Origin: Laetmonice hystrix
Lineage: Eukaryota
DNA length: 64,000 nucleotides
Reading direction: 5' to 3'
NCBI GenBank assembly: GCA_965235115.1
Contig: OZ249436.1
Span: 11,968,001 to 12,032,000 of the forward strand
Shown here: piece after piece, positions 1-12,820 of the stretch
Numbering within the stretch: the stretch's first letter is position 1
Layout of the letters: each line of letters opens with the position of its first letter
Program-made: the position numbers and the translations under genes
Notes under the pieces: model-generated
What the model was told of the DNA's origin: nothing
Database searches by the model: none
Seen by the model: only the letters and a program-made list of their open reading frames with translations

Positions 1-17
1 ATACTACTCTCGGTGAA

Positions 18-523
18 GAGAGCGCCTTCTGGGAGGTGCGGAGCGCCCGTTGAGAGGTGCCCGTACAGTGGTTAGAGGAGCAGACCATTATTAATATTTC
101 GGGGGTAGGCCTACTATACCGTATACATTGACTCTAGTCGCTTGAGAGTCAGGCTACCCCCAGGGGCCCCCTATGGGAGGGAACCAAACCAAAACCATCC
201 CATCACCTCCCCCTTGATCTAGGCTAGGCCTAGAGTAGACCTAAGATTGTCCCCATCTAATCATTTCGGTCGACTTTTAAGTACGAGTCTGCCTACCTAG
301 AAATGATTAGATGGGGACAATCTTAGGTCTAGGCCTAGCCTAGGTCAAGGGGGAGGTGATGGGATGGTTTTGGTTTGGTTCCCTCCCATAGGGGGCCCCT
401 GGGGGTAGCCTGACTCTCGAGCGACCAGAGTCAATGTATACGGTATAGTAGGCCTACCCCTGAAATATTAATAATGGTCTGCTCCTCTAACCGCTGTACT
501 GGCACCTCCCAGAAGGCGCTCTC
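18..523. repeat. Long near-perfect inverted repeat (foldback element), arms about 225-250 bp, spacer about 32 bp
   Basis: 18-267 is the reverse complement of 300-523 (e.g. ctaagattgtccccatctaatcatttc / gaaatgattagatggggacaatcttag). Confidence 0.9.
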
Positions 524-932
524 GCACGCGCAAGTAGGGTTAGTCGCTAAACGGGTAACCAAATGCTTTAGCCATATCCGAATTTGTTCAGCCATATTTT
601 TTTCTCCAAATATATACAAACCTAGGTAGGTGCACCTTTCAGAAATAGATGGCATGAGATTCGGCCATCTCCAGATTTTAAAGTTTGCCAGCGTGGCAGA
701 AACATGGTGTGGTTTATTATACTCCATTTGCTGTAATTTTCGCCAAAGTGAACGTGGCAAATGGCTAGAAGCCCAGGGTGCCGCTCTCTATTTCAAAGTG
801 TGTGTGCGTGTGCATGTGGGGGGGGGGGGGGGGACAGGCAGCCCAAACACTAATAGCTTTAAAAATCTTAATTTCCCCCAAATACTTTGCTGTGCAGATA
901 TATTAAATAAATCTACAGTATCCGTCTACTAA

Positions 933-1143
933 AGGGCTTGATCCACTAAGGCGATTTCCCTTGCGATGCCCATGCAATTCTTGATTTAATGGTGGAATTT
1001 CATTCTGAAATTTTTCCTGGCTGGCCTTTCCTGTTTAAGGAAATGGGTTCCATCCTTTAATCTCAAAATCACAGTAAAATAAAAGGCTGAGGTCAAAATT
1101 GCATGGCTATCGCAAGGGAAATCACCTTAGTGGATCAGGCCGT
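933..1143. mobile_element. Tourist/PIF-Harbinger-like MITE
   Basis: About 45-bp TIRs (agggcttgatccactaaggcgatttcccttgcgat / atcgcaagggaaatcaccttagtggatcaggccgt); TAA on both flanks. Confidence 0.8.
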
Positions 1144-1359
1144 TAAGTCTAAGTAGAGTGTTTTAACTTTAAGCCAGTTTGATGCACTTGCTATGGGCTG
1201 CTCTGGTCAAGTTTCAACACTCTAGGTCTTTCTGTCAACTTTACTTGGACATCAAACCCTAGGAATCTGTCATCCCTGTGTATGTGAAGTGTCCAATTCC
1301 AGTCACGGTTTGGCAGTGGGTTGCAGAGTTGACCTTTGAAGCCTTTTGGTTGGCCAGTG

Positions 1360-1766
1360 TAGACCCAGTCAAATTCCGTGATCCTTGCCAGGAAATTCCG
1401 TTTTGAATTTTTAAAATTCCGTTTTTTTCCGTTTTAGTATTTTCTCAGTATAGAGGGTGTCCCAAAAAATGCACAACCATATCTGCACACCTGTCACATT
1501 TGCGAGTCCAGTCTGTTTGCTCTAAGAAGAGCTCGAGTATATTCATGACCCTCCCACCCCACTCCTCTAGCGGGTCCAGTCAGGCCAACCCAGGTCCCAG
1601 CTACACTGTATACGGTCGACTGGGGAATTACCAGTAGTAAAAAAACGTTTTCCGTCATTTTCCGTTTTACACTGGAAATTCCGTTTCAGATAGGAAATTC
1701 CGTTTCAAATAGTAAATTCCGCGATTCCGTCCGCGATTCCGTGATCGCGGAAATTGACTGGCTCTA
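1360..1766. mobile_element. Non-autonomous TIR element (hAT-like) with 6-bp TSD and subterminal AAATTCCG repeats
   Basis: TIR tagacccagtcaaattccg / cggaaattgactggctcta; CCAGTG on both flanks. Confidence 0.75.
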
Positions 1767-4483
1767 CCAGTGGGAAGCCAGGGAATCCAAACTGGTTGTC
1801 TGGAAATTAAGTATAATTGCTGAAAAGGACCCCAAAGACCAAAGAATATATGAAGTGCCAATCCTAAGTCTAAGAGCTGATTGTTGAGCTAAATCTACCC
1901 AGAGACCTTCCACAACTAGATCTCCAACTGCAGCATCTGCCTGGACCAAGCCTATGTAACAGGCCTCATTCAGCTCGGCCTATGAGCAACCCCCCTTACC
2001 TTGAAAGATTTTTCCATTCCGCAGGATCTGAGAGAGCACCGTACATATCTATGCCTTTAAAGTGTAGACCTGTAGACACAGGTGTACTGTGTACTGGCTG
2101 CTATTTAGACATAATAAATTATATCGCATGTCCGTCTTGAAGTGAGATTCGCACAAATGTAAACGGGCAGTCGTGCTGAATTCTGTCATGATGGCAGCCC
2201 AGACAAACCTTAAACAAAAAAGTAACCATGGTGACAGATATTTTAACATTTTTTAATTCAAAAATACTTGTTCTTTGCATTGAAATACATTATATTGATA
2301 TCTAGTGTGTTTGAGTTGGATACATTGGTTACCATGGTGAGATATGGTGGGAGATTTGATAGGTGCCATGTAGCACAACCTAGCATTTGTGATGCCAGCC
2401 GCAACAGCCACAAAAAAGGCCTAGAGATAAGCAAACAGCAGAATGGCTAAACCAGAATTACTTAGCAAAACTTGAAGCAATAAGAAGGGAGTACAGAAGC
2501 TATAAATCATTTTGAGAAGGATGTAAGTGAATCTTCTCTGGATTTTTGAAGTACATAAATCATAAATTTCAAAAGTCTTGAGGCACTCGATGCCAGCACC
2601 AGTGTCAGCGTTAGTGACCCACGTCTCTCCCTAACAACTCTTCCCAAGGATGATTGATCTCATGGATCATATTCATCAGTAAAAACAACTTTTGTTGACC
2701 TTCTTTCTGTTCGTTACACTAGAATATGTAGGTGAATTCTAGAGACCATGCCACTGGTCTGTTAGACTGATTAACTGTAAAAACTACCTGTACTATAGTC
2801 CAATGAAAAAGGCTAATCATGGGCATCTGACCATGCATTTTTTTCGGACATGGTATCGTTTTAATTAATCTATTGGTATAGAGTTTTTCTGTACACCCTT
2901 CTTATATGGGCCATACGTGTTGACTCTGTTCAGTTAGGGTGTCACTGTCTGTAAATGCAAATGTTACATACTGAGCATTGACCTACGACTAGTACTTGTG
3001 CCAGCACTTTGTAGGTCGTGACCCTGAGGCAAGTGGGCTCAGGTCCTGGTTATGACAATCATACATTGCGTTAAGGAGATGAATAAACAGAGTAACTGAA
3101 ATTGGCATGTGGGATTCCAACAAGATCGAATCTTATAATTAATACCAAATCATTTTATGACATTTTCATTGACTAGCACCAAGCAGAACTTAAATTGTTA
3201 ATGGTTATAGGCTATATAGCGTTGGGTTAAAGTGGTTCCACTTCCTATCTGACTTCCAGATGTAGGATCAGGAAGGTTGGATTGGCTCGTTGGTTATTTA
3301 ATGTACAATGTGCAATTATTTCGACCTGATTGAATTGTGGGAAGGGACAGTTGGGGCAGGGATCTGTTGGCCAGGCTGAGTCTGATGTCAGATTTTGGAC
3401 CAGCTGAGTTAGCTGACTAAATTGGGGCTCATAGAGACGAGATCTTTTTGTTTTTGTTTGTTTTTTTATTGTGTGGGAGAGAATCTCGTGACATCCTGTG
3501 TCCTCTTGCATCACTGCAGGAGTCAAGGGGCTGCTGAAGACTCAAGTTTAGTGTGTCATCTCGTCACTAGGTGGCAGCTAGTAAATCCAGAAGTCCTTAT
3601 TCGCTTCCTATGTATAGTGTATTCTCAGCTCGAACCTGTGGTGCTAGCATACTGACTGGTTATAAGCCCATCATCAAGAGCTGTTGAATAATTTACACGC
3701 CCACGCCATCAGGCAAGAAGCCTTATTGTGTGCTTCCAGTGGAACCTTAAATTGAGCCATGGCTGAAGCAACTTGACAGTCTGAATAGACATTTTTCAGC
3801 AGTTCTCATCAGGTCAGCAGGTCATGCATAGATATGCTATTTTACACCTCCCAGCTATATGAGACCACGTGTTCAGAATAATGATGCCGTCTGTCAGTGC
3901 AGCTCAATATGCTCAGAGGTTCCAACTGTACTAAGCTGGGCCAGAAGCGATCGTGTTGTGGAAGAAAGAAGTGGATATGATTTTAACTAGATCTATAGAA
4001 TAGAACATGGGAGCTCATTTGATTTACAGTCTCGTATATAATTTCTGGAAACCCATTTTTGAGAAACCGAACTATGGAATCTTTTCTGTCTGGAACCAAA
4101 TTATGTTATTCTTAATGTGCAGCCTAGATTGTAAAATTAAATTTTTTGCCATTAGTCCAGAACTACTGCTGTGCAATTTGTACTCGTCTGTAGTCTGTCT
4201 ACTAGGTTTTTTCACTGTATTTAAGTCCTGTGGCTAAATATGAAAAATTCCTCGTCTGTATTCTCTTTTAAAATTTAACATTGACTGATTGAGAGACTAA
4301 CTAAAAGTTCATTGTTGGCCAAACAGACTACTAATACCCTTTACTTTTATCTCATCCTAGTTTCTAACTTTAGAAGTACTTAGACTACATGGATTATCGC
4401 AGTGTTGGAGCTTATTCTCTGGCAGAACAGATTAACTTTTTTCAGATGATGAAAGTGTTGGAACTTTTTCTCTTGCAGAAAAG

Positions 4484-4675
4484 ATGAACTTTTTCCGCAC
4501 AATAGTGGGTGGCCACCCACGGCCATTGCCCGATTCCCAGCAGGCATCACAAGACAATACCCTTGGCCTCATGCACCTGCGGAAATTGTTTGCTGACTTC
4601 CGCCATCCCAGCCCAAACACCAGCCAGAAAGAACTGGAGGACAAACTTTACAATATGCTGCCATTGTTTTATAAG
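4484..4675 (+). CDS. WDFY3: WDFY3 coding exon 1 (MNFFRTIV...LPLFYK)
   Basis: ATG 5 nt after acceptor tcttgcag (4478); donor AAG|gtaagg, phase 0. Confidence 0.92.
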
Positions 4676-7158
4676 GTAAGGTATACGATTTATGAACTAT
4701 ATCTGCTTAGCTTTACAAATAACCAGTACTAGTGTTCCTGTAGGTTAAGCAAGGTTTGACTGCACATGGCCATGCACATGTTTTCTGGTACAAAACCAAA
4801 ATCGAGGTCAATAAAACTTCAACAGTTTAAACCTTTCAGTCATAATACCTGTATGATTGTTTTTATGATCTTTTTAAAGGTTATGAGATAATTCAGGAAT
4901 ATAATACCATTGTACTTTGTATATCTGTTGGTCCATCAAGTTATGGTATTATTTTTCAACAAAATTTGGTGCTATAAAATCCTGTACTGCTTACATTTTG
5001 GTCGTTGGAGGTCCTGAGATCCTGCAAAAATGTTGTCTTGCAGTTTAAGGGAAAGGTCTCCAGCAGTTACATTTCATTTTAATTGTAGCAAACCTTTCAA
5101 CGGTTTCTAAATAGACAGAAAAAGAAGTGTGTTCTTGGTTTTCTGAATAATCCTAAATGTTTGACCAGGCACTCAATGAAATCCTTACATAGCAATTAAA
5201 AATTTAAGCTGCTTTATATACTTGAGATAGGTTTTCATTCGCTAAGAATGCCTGTACGGAACAGTTGCCTGAATATGAGAAACCCAGCAGGGCAGTAAAA
5301 GTGAAGCATAATTTCACTCCTCTTCCTCACTGAGACAGCAGCTGCATGCTTCACACAGCCCTGGCTTTTTTACATCTCAGTTCTGACACCATTACCTGAC
5401 CTCAATCACTCAGATCCTTTGCCCATTCCATGGTACCTACTGACCCAGCCAAAAGGCTCTCCCAGCACTTGTCGGAAATGCCGGCCTTATCGAGTGACAA
5501 GCTTGATATGCATACTTCCTAAACCGACATGGTTTTTGAAATGCCCTGCTACGCTAGTATCTGCGTAAACCTTACTTACCAGCTCCGGTCACTGAATTGG
5601 GATTGAAACTTCTCCTTGTCCTCGGCCCAGTGAGAAATCTTTGTGGATAATTGGAATTTTATTACTTGTCTAAATACATTTCTATTATATCATTTTGTCG
5701 ATCCGATGCTATTATTATGCTGACGGCAGAATAGCGGGATTCTTTGTAGATCTATAGTTAGGTTAATTTATAATATAAATATTTCCCTCATAGCGCGCAG
5801 AGGGTATAATAGATGATTGCAATCAGTGTTCTGCTGATTTATGGTTCTAAAAATACTGTACAAACAATTGCATCATTTGATGCTGCGATGAAACCCGATC
5901 ATAATCCAGTTTTTCGAGATAGCTGTTCTGTGGTGACTGGAAATTAGATCCATAACGGTTAATACGTACAGGTTGTGATGATGCGGGAAGCCACATTATA
6001 TAGTAAACAGTTTCTTGACAAACAAACTGTACAGTATCCAGCAAAAAATGCAACCCATTTTCAAAATACTTTCTATACAATAACTAGGTATTTTGACCAG
6101 TTTTGCTATTCAACTGCATGTGGTACCAACCTGTACAGTATGTCTGAAGCAATAAACAGGAACTATGTGTTTAATTTCACTGCGCGATATCCAAATTCGT
6201 TATTCAAGAGTCCCTACTGATAGTGTCCATTATTTACTTGGAATTATTGTAACATTTGAAAATATAAGAATCTAGGATTGTAGAACTGGGACACAGTCAT
6301 ATCCTCAGAACGTAGAACTGTTCAATTATTCTTGCGATTCATTAACTATGAAACCTGTCAGTGTCAGTTCTGTGATCATTGTCAGGGTTCTCCACACTGG
6401 TGGTTTTAGCCGTACTGTTCCCTACAGCAGCCAGCGGCACCACCCGAATGTCTGTCCTGCTTCAAACATGTGTGCCGGGGGCAGGAAGTAGGTGTTGATA
6501 TTGAAAAATTATGTAGTCTACGGAGTAAAGTCATTATCAGCGGTACATAGGATGCTACATACATCATATTTCTTTTCATTGGGCAGAGGTGGAAGGAATG
6601 GGCATTGAAATGTCTGCTAAAATTGCACCGAATGATACGAGGCCTATTACTGTTTTACAAATAATTGTGATTCTTCGGGCAAAGACTTGAAGACCACTGA
6701 CCATATTTATTCTGTCATGTCTTTACTCGAGATACATTCATCGCAGTTTGCTTTTTAAAATTAGGACTTCTGCAAGTATTGCAAATTGAAATTGGAGAAG
6801 TTTGTACAGTTGGCTTAAGTTTAGAAATTGAACTGCGGTCAGTTGTGGGCCTGAATGCTGATTAAAGGTCACAAACAGCTATAAGAGCTGCCTTGGGAGG
6901 CTGCAAAAAAATGTTTGGTCCTGATATAGACTTGGGAGAGTGATGATACTGTGGAGGAGCAAGCTTTGATGTGGAACCCCGTACAGTGCTGATGAACATT
7001 GTAATACTAGTGAACTGAAAAAAAATCGTAACTCTACTCACTGATTGAAGAATGTGTGGTTATATTCTTGCAGCAGTTTCTTGTTTATGATTATCGGAAT
7101 ATCTGTTACAATGGCGTCTTTCTTATCACCCCATAAATTTAACTGAAAACTCAATATA

Positions 7159-7998
7159 CAGCCAGGGTTTCAATAAGAAAACAAGTAGAAGGGAAGTAGG
7201 AGGCGGCCCCGGTGCAGCAGCAGCAGGTCGGTGCCGTGCCGACCTTGGGAGGGACCCACTCTTGCTTGGGGGTCTAGGGGAAGCCCCCCGATTTTTTTTA
7301 AATATTTATTTGGTGTCTATAGGTGAACTCTGGTGCATTTTGAGAGTAAAATTGGCATCAATTTGTGAGGCAAATAGATCAGCTCCACTCATATTTATGT
7401 CGGAGGACATATTTGACTAAAAATGATTTTTGATTTTGAGAAAGTTTCCGGCTGTTTTTGGGGAGTAGGCGGGCAAAACCGCCGGCGCTTATTGAGAAGG
7501 GCTGTCCAGTGATCCTACTTTTCGTATTGTTTGGGTTGCCATCTTTTTTTCCTACTTTTTCTTCAAAATATCTACTTTATTGTTTTGCTTTTGCAATTTC
7601 AAAATACCGCAATTTGATGTGAAAATGTGCATATATCCACTTCTATTTACTTATATTATAAAAGTCAGCAATTATGGGAAATTTGTATGTCGATTAATTC
7701 AGTGGGCAAAATTTCAAAGAGCTGTATAATGTGACCATTATGTCAGGTTCATGTAAATTAATACAAAAATACAGACCTGTACTAACTGAGCACCAGATAA
7801 AAAATTTATATTTTTTTCAATAATATCACTTTTGGGATTTCGTACATTATTTATCCAGTATGAGCATGAATAATGTTGGTACGCGTGCTGTTTCAGTCCT
7901 ACTTTTCTTCTTCTATTTCCGTACATTTGTTCTACTTTTTCAATATTTTCATACCTACTTTTGCCCTACTTTTTCATAAGGGTGTGCTGGACAGCCTG
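7159..7998. mobile_element. Composite/nested non-autonomous DNA elements
   Basis: Inner ends cagggtttcaataag (7163) / cttattga (7488); outer ends gctgtccag (7501) / ctggacagcctg (7998); CAATATA on both outer flanks. Confidence 0.55.
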
Positions 7999-10900
7999 CA
8001 ATATATTCTTCTTAATGAAATCTTATTAGCTGCATGTAAGAATAGTCGTTGTACAGAATACATGTACACAAGTCGGCAGCTCTGTCTGGTGTTCTATATG
8101 GGAAATCAGATATATAGCGATAAGCTCAGGCGCCTGCTGCCACAACGTGCACCAGAATGACATTATGCACTGTAATTTATCACTCATACGTGTACCCTCC
8201 TCTAGAGGTAGCCATACACTGCTGACCTGTGTAATAAAGTACGTGTAGTCAGGTTGTCGCTGCTCCCTTGATACACCATCCCATTTAATAGCCAGTTTGG
8301 CATTTCTTTGAGGAAATCATGAAAACGTATTTCCCAGTACATGTACACTGACTCAGATTCAGAATCAGTGAAAATTAATTTTGCCCTCAGGAAAACAAAA
8401 AGGCATGCATTGGGAGTAACCATCGACCTATCATATCGCAGTATTATCACAGTTAACCATCGACTAATATACGGTATTAAAAAGGAGTGCTGCCAACAAT
8501 GTGATACCCGGGCCCGTAGTTAAGGTGGTCTTTCCACCTTTTCCCACCTACTATGGGTCATTTGGTATTATGTAGCTGGACCTAAGGTTTTCAAGGCCGA
8601 GAGACTGAATGTGCTTGCTTTTACAGTGGTGTGTCTATTATGCACAGAAAGAAAAAAGAAATCGCTAAGATTTTACGACTGCCCTGACTATTGATTCAGT
8701 ATGTATACCCAGAGCGAGTCTCTTAGAGCAGAAAGGGCGCCGACAGGGAGGTCTGTATTCATGAGCAGGTTTGGCCCGCCGGTCCGCTACTATCGTCTTT
8801 TACACTAGTGGCAAGGCCAATCAACCCATATCCCCAGCTCCTGTGGTGCAGGTACTGTGTGGAGTACGGCGCGGCATAGAGAAACCATTTAGTAAGTGGC
8901 CAGTAGCAGACTGGCTAGCTGAAATCTATCCCAGAGTCGGTCGGTGAGTGGCAATCATGGTGGGACTCGCTGTCTGCAATGGCTATATCATAAGACGAAG
9001 TATGTCTTAATGATGTTTGTCCGTGAATATCTCCTGTACAACTTGTGGGCTTTTTCAGCACATCCTCCGACGAAGATACTGCAGCCTTGCAGGTGTGCTC
9101 GGGCATGTTACAAAAAAACATTCCTCATTGAACATGAATTTTATATACAGACGTGTACACATGCGTAGCCATACACGAATTTAATGGTACATACATGTAC
9201 TTGGTGAAACTGCTTTTGTAAAGGATTACTCTCAGCGATAATGAGTGATGGTTCCAAGAAGATGCTGAAGATGCCGTCTTTGCTGAAGTAGAACGAGTTG
9301 AATGGAAAGATGGAAAGTCTTGCCAGCCAGCCGATTCTATGTCAATAACTCTGACGAAAAATAAACCAGACATGGCATGTCTCGGCCAGCCTCTATGACC
9401 CATCCCTTGGTTCAAGTCTCCGTACAGACATTGGGGCAATCTGGGAGCATTCTACAGGGAAATGCCATAACGATCTGTGTTGGGATCAGAAGACGGGCAG
9501 TGTGCGGTGGTGTGCGGTTAATTGGGCGGGGCAGGGACAACCGGTGGCGGCGACCACTCAGACTGCACGCCGGGCGAGATGTTTTTGACCGGGCCAAGGT
9601 TGAGACCCCTGGCCCGCTGTGGCAGCCAGGATTGAGGCCTTTATGGCAGGTCGCAAGTCGATCTGACTTCACTTCCTTACACTTGGTATTGAACTCCATA
9701 AGGAGCCGTCAACAAAGATGAATGTACCCCACATTGTACATTATAGGATAACATATCTATTTAGGCGAATAGTTGCCCTGGCCTCGCTTTACAGCCTTTG
9801 TCAGAATCTTGTTCTTGTACCGGGGGTAATTTTTTGCAACCATTTTAATACTCGGTTTAGACTTTACAAGATTATCATTCTTTTAGCTAACTTAGCTCCA
9901 TGAGAAAAAGCTGCTCAACGGAAACATCACTTCTTTAATGCCTGTTTTGCAAAGCCAAAATTCAAATGTCTATACAATGTACTTTTAAATTTGCATAATG
10001 ACAAATTTTGTGGTTTTCTTTATAATATTCTGTTAGAACTCAGTGGGGGGTATCATTTTTTAATATATGAGGTTGTCTTGCTTGCCATCTGATAGGTTTG
10101 TATAATCAATAGACAGATGGTATCTTGCTGCAAACTTGTCAGTACAAAAACCGTCAAAAGCTACAGAATGGAGACTTATGAAGTTATGTAGAGTAGGTAA
10201 TTCTGATTTCTTTGTCTTTTGGCAGTCATAGCAGCCTGAACATGTCTGACCCAGAGGGTGTCCGGAAAGCTAGCCGAGTATTTATTGCGTCTGGAAATCG
10301 TTTCTGGTCTCGGATGCATATTTCAGCACAGTTGTAGGCTACACAGGACAATTGAGTGGTTTGATAGATCGATGTCTGTGGTAGAGGTCTCAAGTAGACG
10401 AGGCCACTAGGAGAGTCGAACATCGCTGCAGAGGTCCCCAGTGACTCGACCTCATTCTCAACAACTGGGAGGCAACACCTCCGACTTCATTACGCAACAT
10501 TCCTGCTCGGTCAGAGAGTGAAAGGGGAATAAACCTGCTTGACGGAGGCAAAATCCCAGATATGATGCGGCAAGCCTTATCTGTACATGGAATAAAGTAC
10601 AAATGTACCGCGTAAAAGGCAAAAAGACAGCAGAGGACAGAATAATTGAATGTAGAAATGTCGGCATAAATTCTGCGAGTGGACTTTTGATATAGAGCTC
10701 ATTCCTTGTTATCAGTGGATCAGTATGGATCTCAATTAGCACTGAATGTGTTGAGGTCGTCTGAGCCAGAAAGGAAGGCCCATTTTTATATACTACTAAT
10801 CTACGACTTTTCTTTGAAGATGCTAAATCCGGCCACGGAAAGATAAACTTTTTAACGGTCTCAGGGTGAACACATTCATGATTTTGGTGGGATGATTAGT

Positions 10901-11263
10901 TATTTAGTGGTTACACTGATCTTAGTAGTATGATTCACCCCATAAATTAGAATGTAATGGATCGTAATCAAAATAAACTGATCAATGCAGTTGACCGGTG
11001 TGAACGGAATGTAAGTCCGCCGGAAAGGAGGTTCACTGGACCTGGATTCCTTGCTTATGCACGTCCTAGGTCATCAACTTCGTGGTATACAAATGGATTA
11101 GGGTTAAGGTTAGGATTATGACGAAATATTTAAATAATACAACATCATGGACTTCAATTCCTAAAAATGAAGGTCCGGCGGACCTACATATCAGGGGGAC
11201 TTGGGATTCCTGTCATACCGGTTTGTGATAATAATGATAAGGGTACTTGTTCTTTGTTTTCAG

Positions 11264-11387
11264 GTGTTCGGAACAGCTCCCATCAACGATATGACAGAAA
11301 AATTTGGAGACATTCTACAGTTCTGTAGTCATGTGTCGCGGCTGATGGTCAGCGAAATCCGTAGGCGAGCCTCAAACCAGTCAACAG
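11264..11387 (+). CDS. WDFY3: WDFY3 exon 2 (VFGTAP...RRASNQST)
   Basis: ttttcag| ... G|gtaagt; phase 0->1. Confidence 0.93.
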
Positions 11388-12689
11388 GTAAGTACTGATG
11401 AACTGTTCTAAAACACTTGCTATACTTCCAGTGAGACCATCTATCGCTGTGTGTAGGTAGCTCCAAGGTCACCGTCATTGCTCCCAATCTATTCCCACTC
11501 GCTGTGAAACAAGTCATTACAAGATACATGTAGATGTATTTGGCTTTTCTGCGTGAAATGCCAGGCTTACTAATGATAACAGAACACTGTACAGTTATAT
11601 TTCACCACAATTCTGACTGGGGGGCGGGGGGGGGAGGTTACAATTGTGTGTTGAGGATTGAGTGTGTCATTGACATCAGAGTAGGTGAAAAGTATGTGTT
11701 TGATAAGTAGACTGGACGCATCAGGATGTGTTTGTGGCTGATGGCTGGTCAGGAAATCTGTGTGTGATGAGTAGGCAGAAAATGTGTGATCTCTAAAGTT
11801 GTGTGACAGCGGTTTGCTGTACACAGCACGACTGTGAGTCATCAAGCAACAAGAAGTGCTCACGCAGCCTCCGTGATCGGCCTCCCATGTAGTATGAGTC
11901 AGTGGAACTCGAAAGCCAGGTTAAATTGTACTGACCAGTACATACGCCATTATTGGCATCTGTTGCAATGGCAGCGTTATTTGGTTTGAGTTTTGATGTT
12001 GAAATTCTAAAAGGAAAATCGCCCAAAAGAAATTGCTTAAAATGTCTTTGTATTATTGTTGATGCGAGTAGTATAAACTGCGGTATCAAGTCCAAGTAAA
12101 ACATGACCGTCGTCCACTCCATCAGCCAGCAAGCCGCAGGTGCAGGTGGTGCCAGTAAAAGACTGTTTCTACTCAGGAGGTAGGCTCAATAAAACTCGCC
12201 CTCCAGCAAGGCGCGTTGTGACAGCAGGACGGCCCACTATGTGTCAGATGTCAAACTTCAATAAGCCTTGCGTGCCTTCACTCAGCAAGACCTAATACTG
12301 GTGGATGGCCTTGGCAGTACATGTACTACATTTCTGTTAGGACGTGTATTTCATTTGCAAAGAAGAACGTTCCAAAAAGTAGAATGTTGCACTAAAAATT
12401 GTTGAAATTTTCAGGGAAAATCTTGGTTTTTGACACTTTGAGGTCTATTTTTAACCACGGTCTGTGGCCAGCGGGGGCGACCAAGGCGTAAGGGGTGCTT
12501 ATAGAATTTAAGATCCAGCCATGTGGATCTTCCAGTGACGAAGAGCTGGCTACTTACATCAGAATCGAAATGATGTTCAATGTTGGGCAATGGTTAAACC
12601 GTGTGTTGGTGAAGGATCCATTAGAGCATGACGCCCAGCAGTGTGAAGGTGTGATGGATATGATTGATTATGTCTGGACTCTGCTCGCA

Positions 12690-12820
12690 ACCCCACCACC
12701 CACCACCCACCCACCCACCCACCCACCCACCCACCCACCCACCCACGGAGAGGCACCTCCCTGGGGAAGGCGGCGGACGTCCAGACAACCCCCGCCGACC
12801 CCCCCCCCCCCCCCTCCCCC
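12690..12820. repeat. (CCAC)n microsatellite plus poly-C tract
   Basis: Visible CCACCCAC run and long C run; explains the spurious Pro/Gly-rich ORFs. Confidence 0.9.

Noticed and set aside
2220..2720. Possible degenerate transposase fragment
   Set aside because: Coding-like composition but multiple stops and no motif I can recognise.
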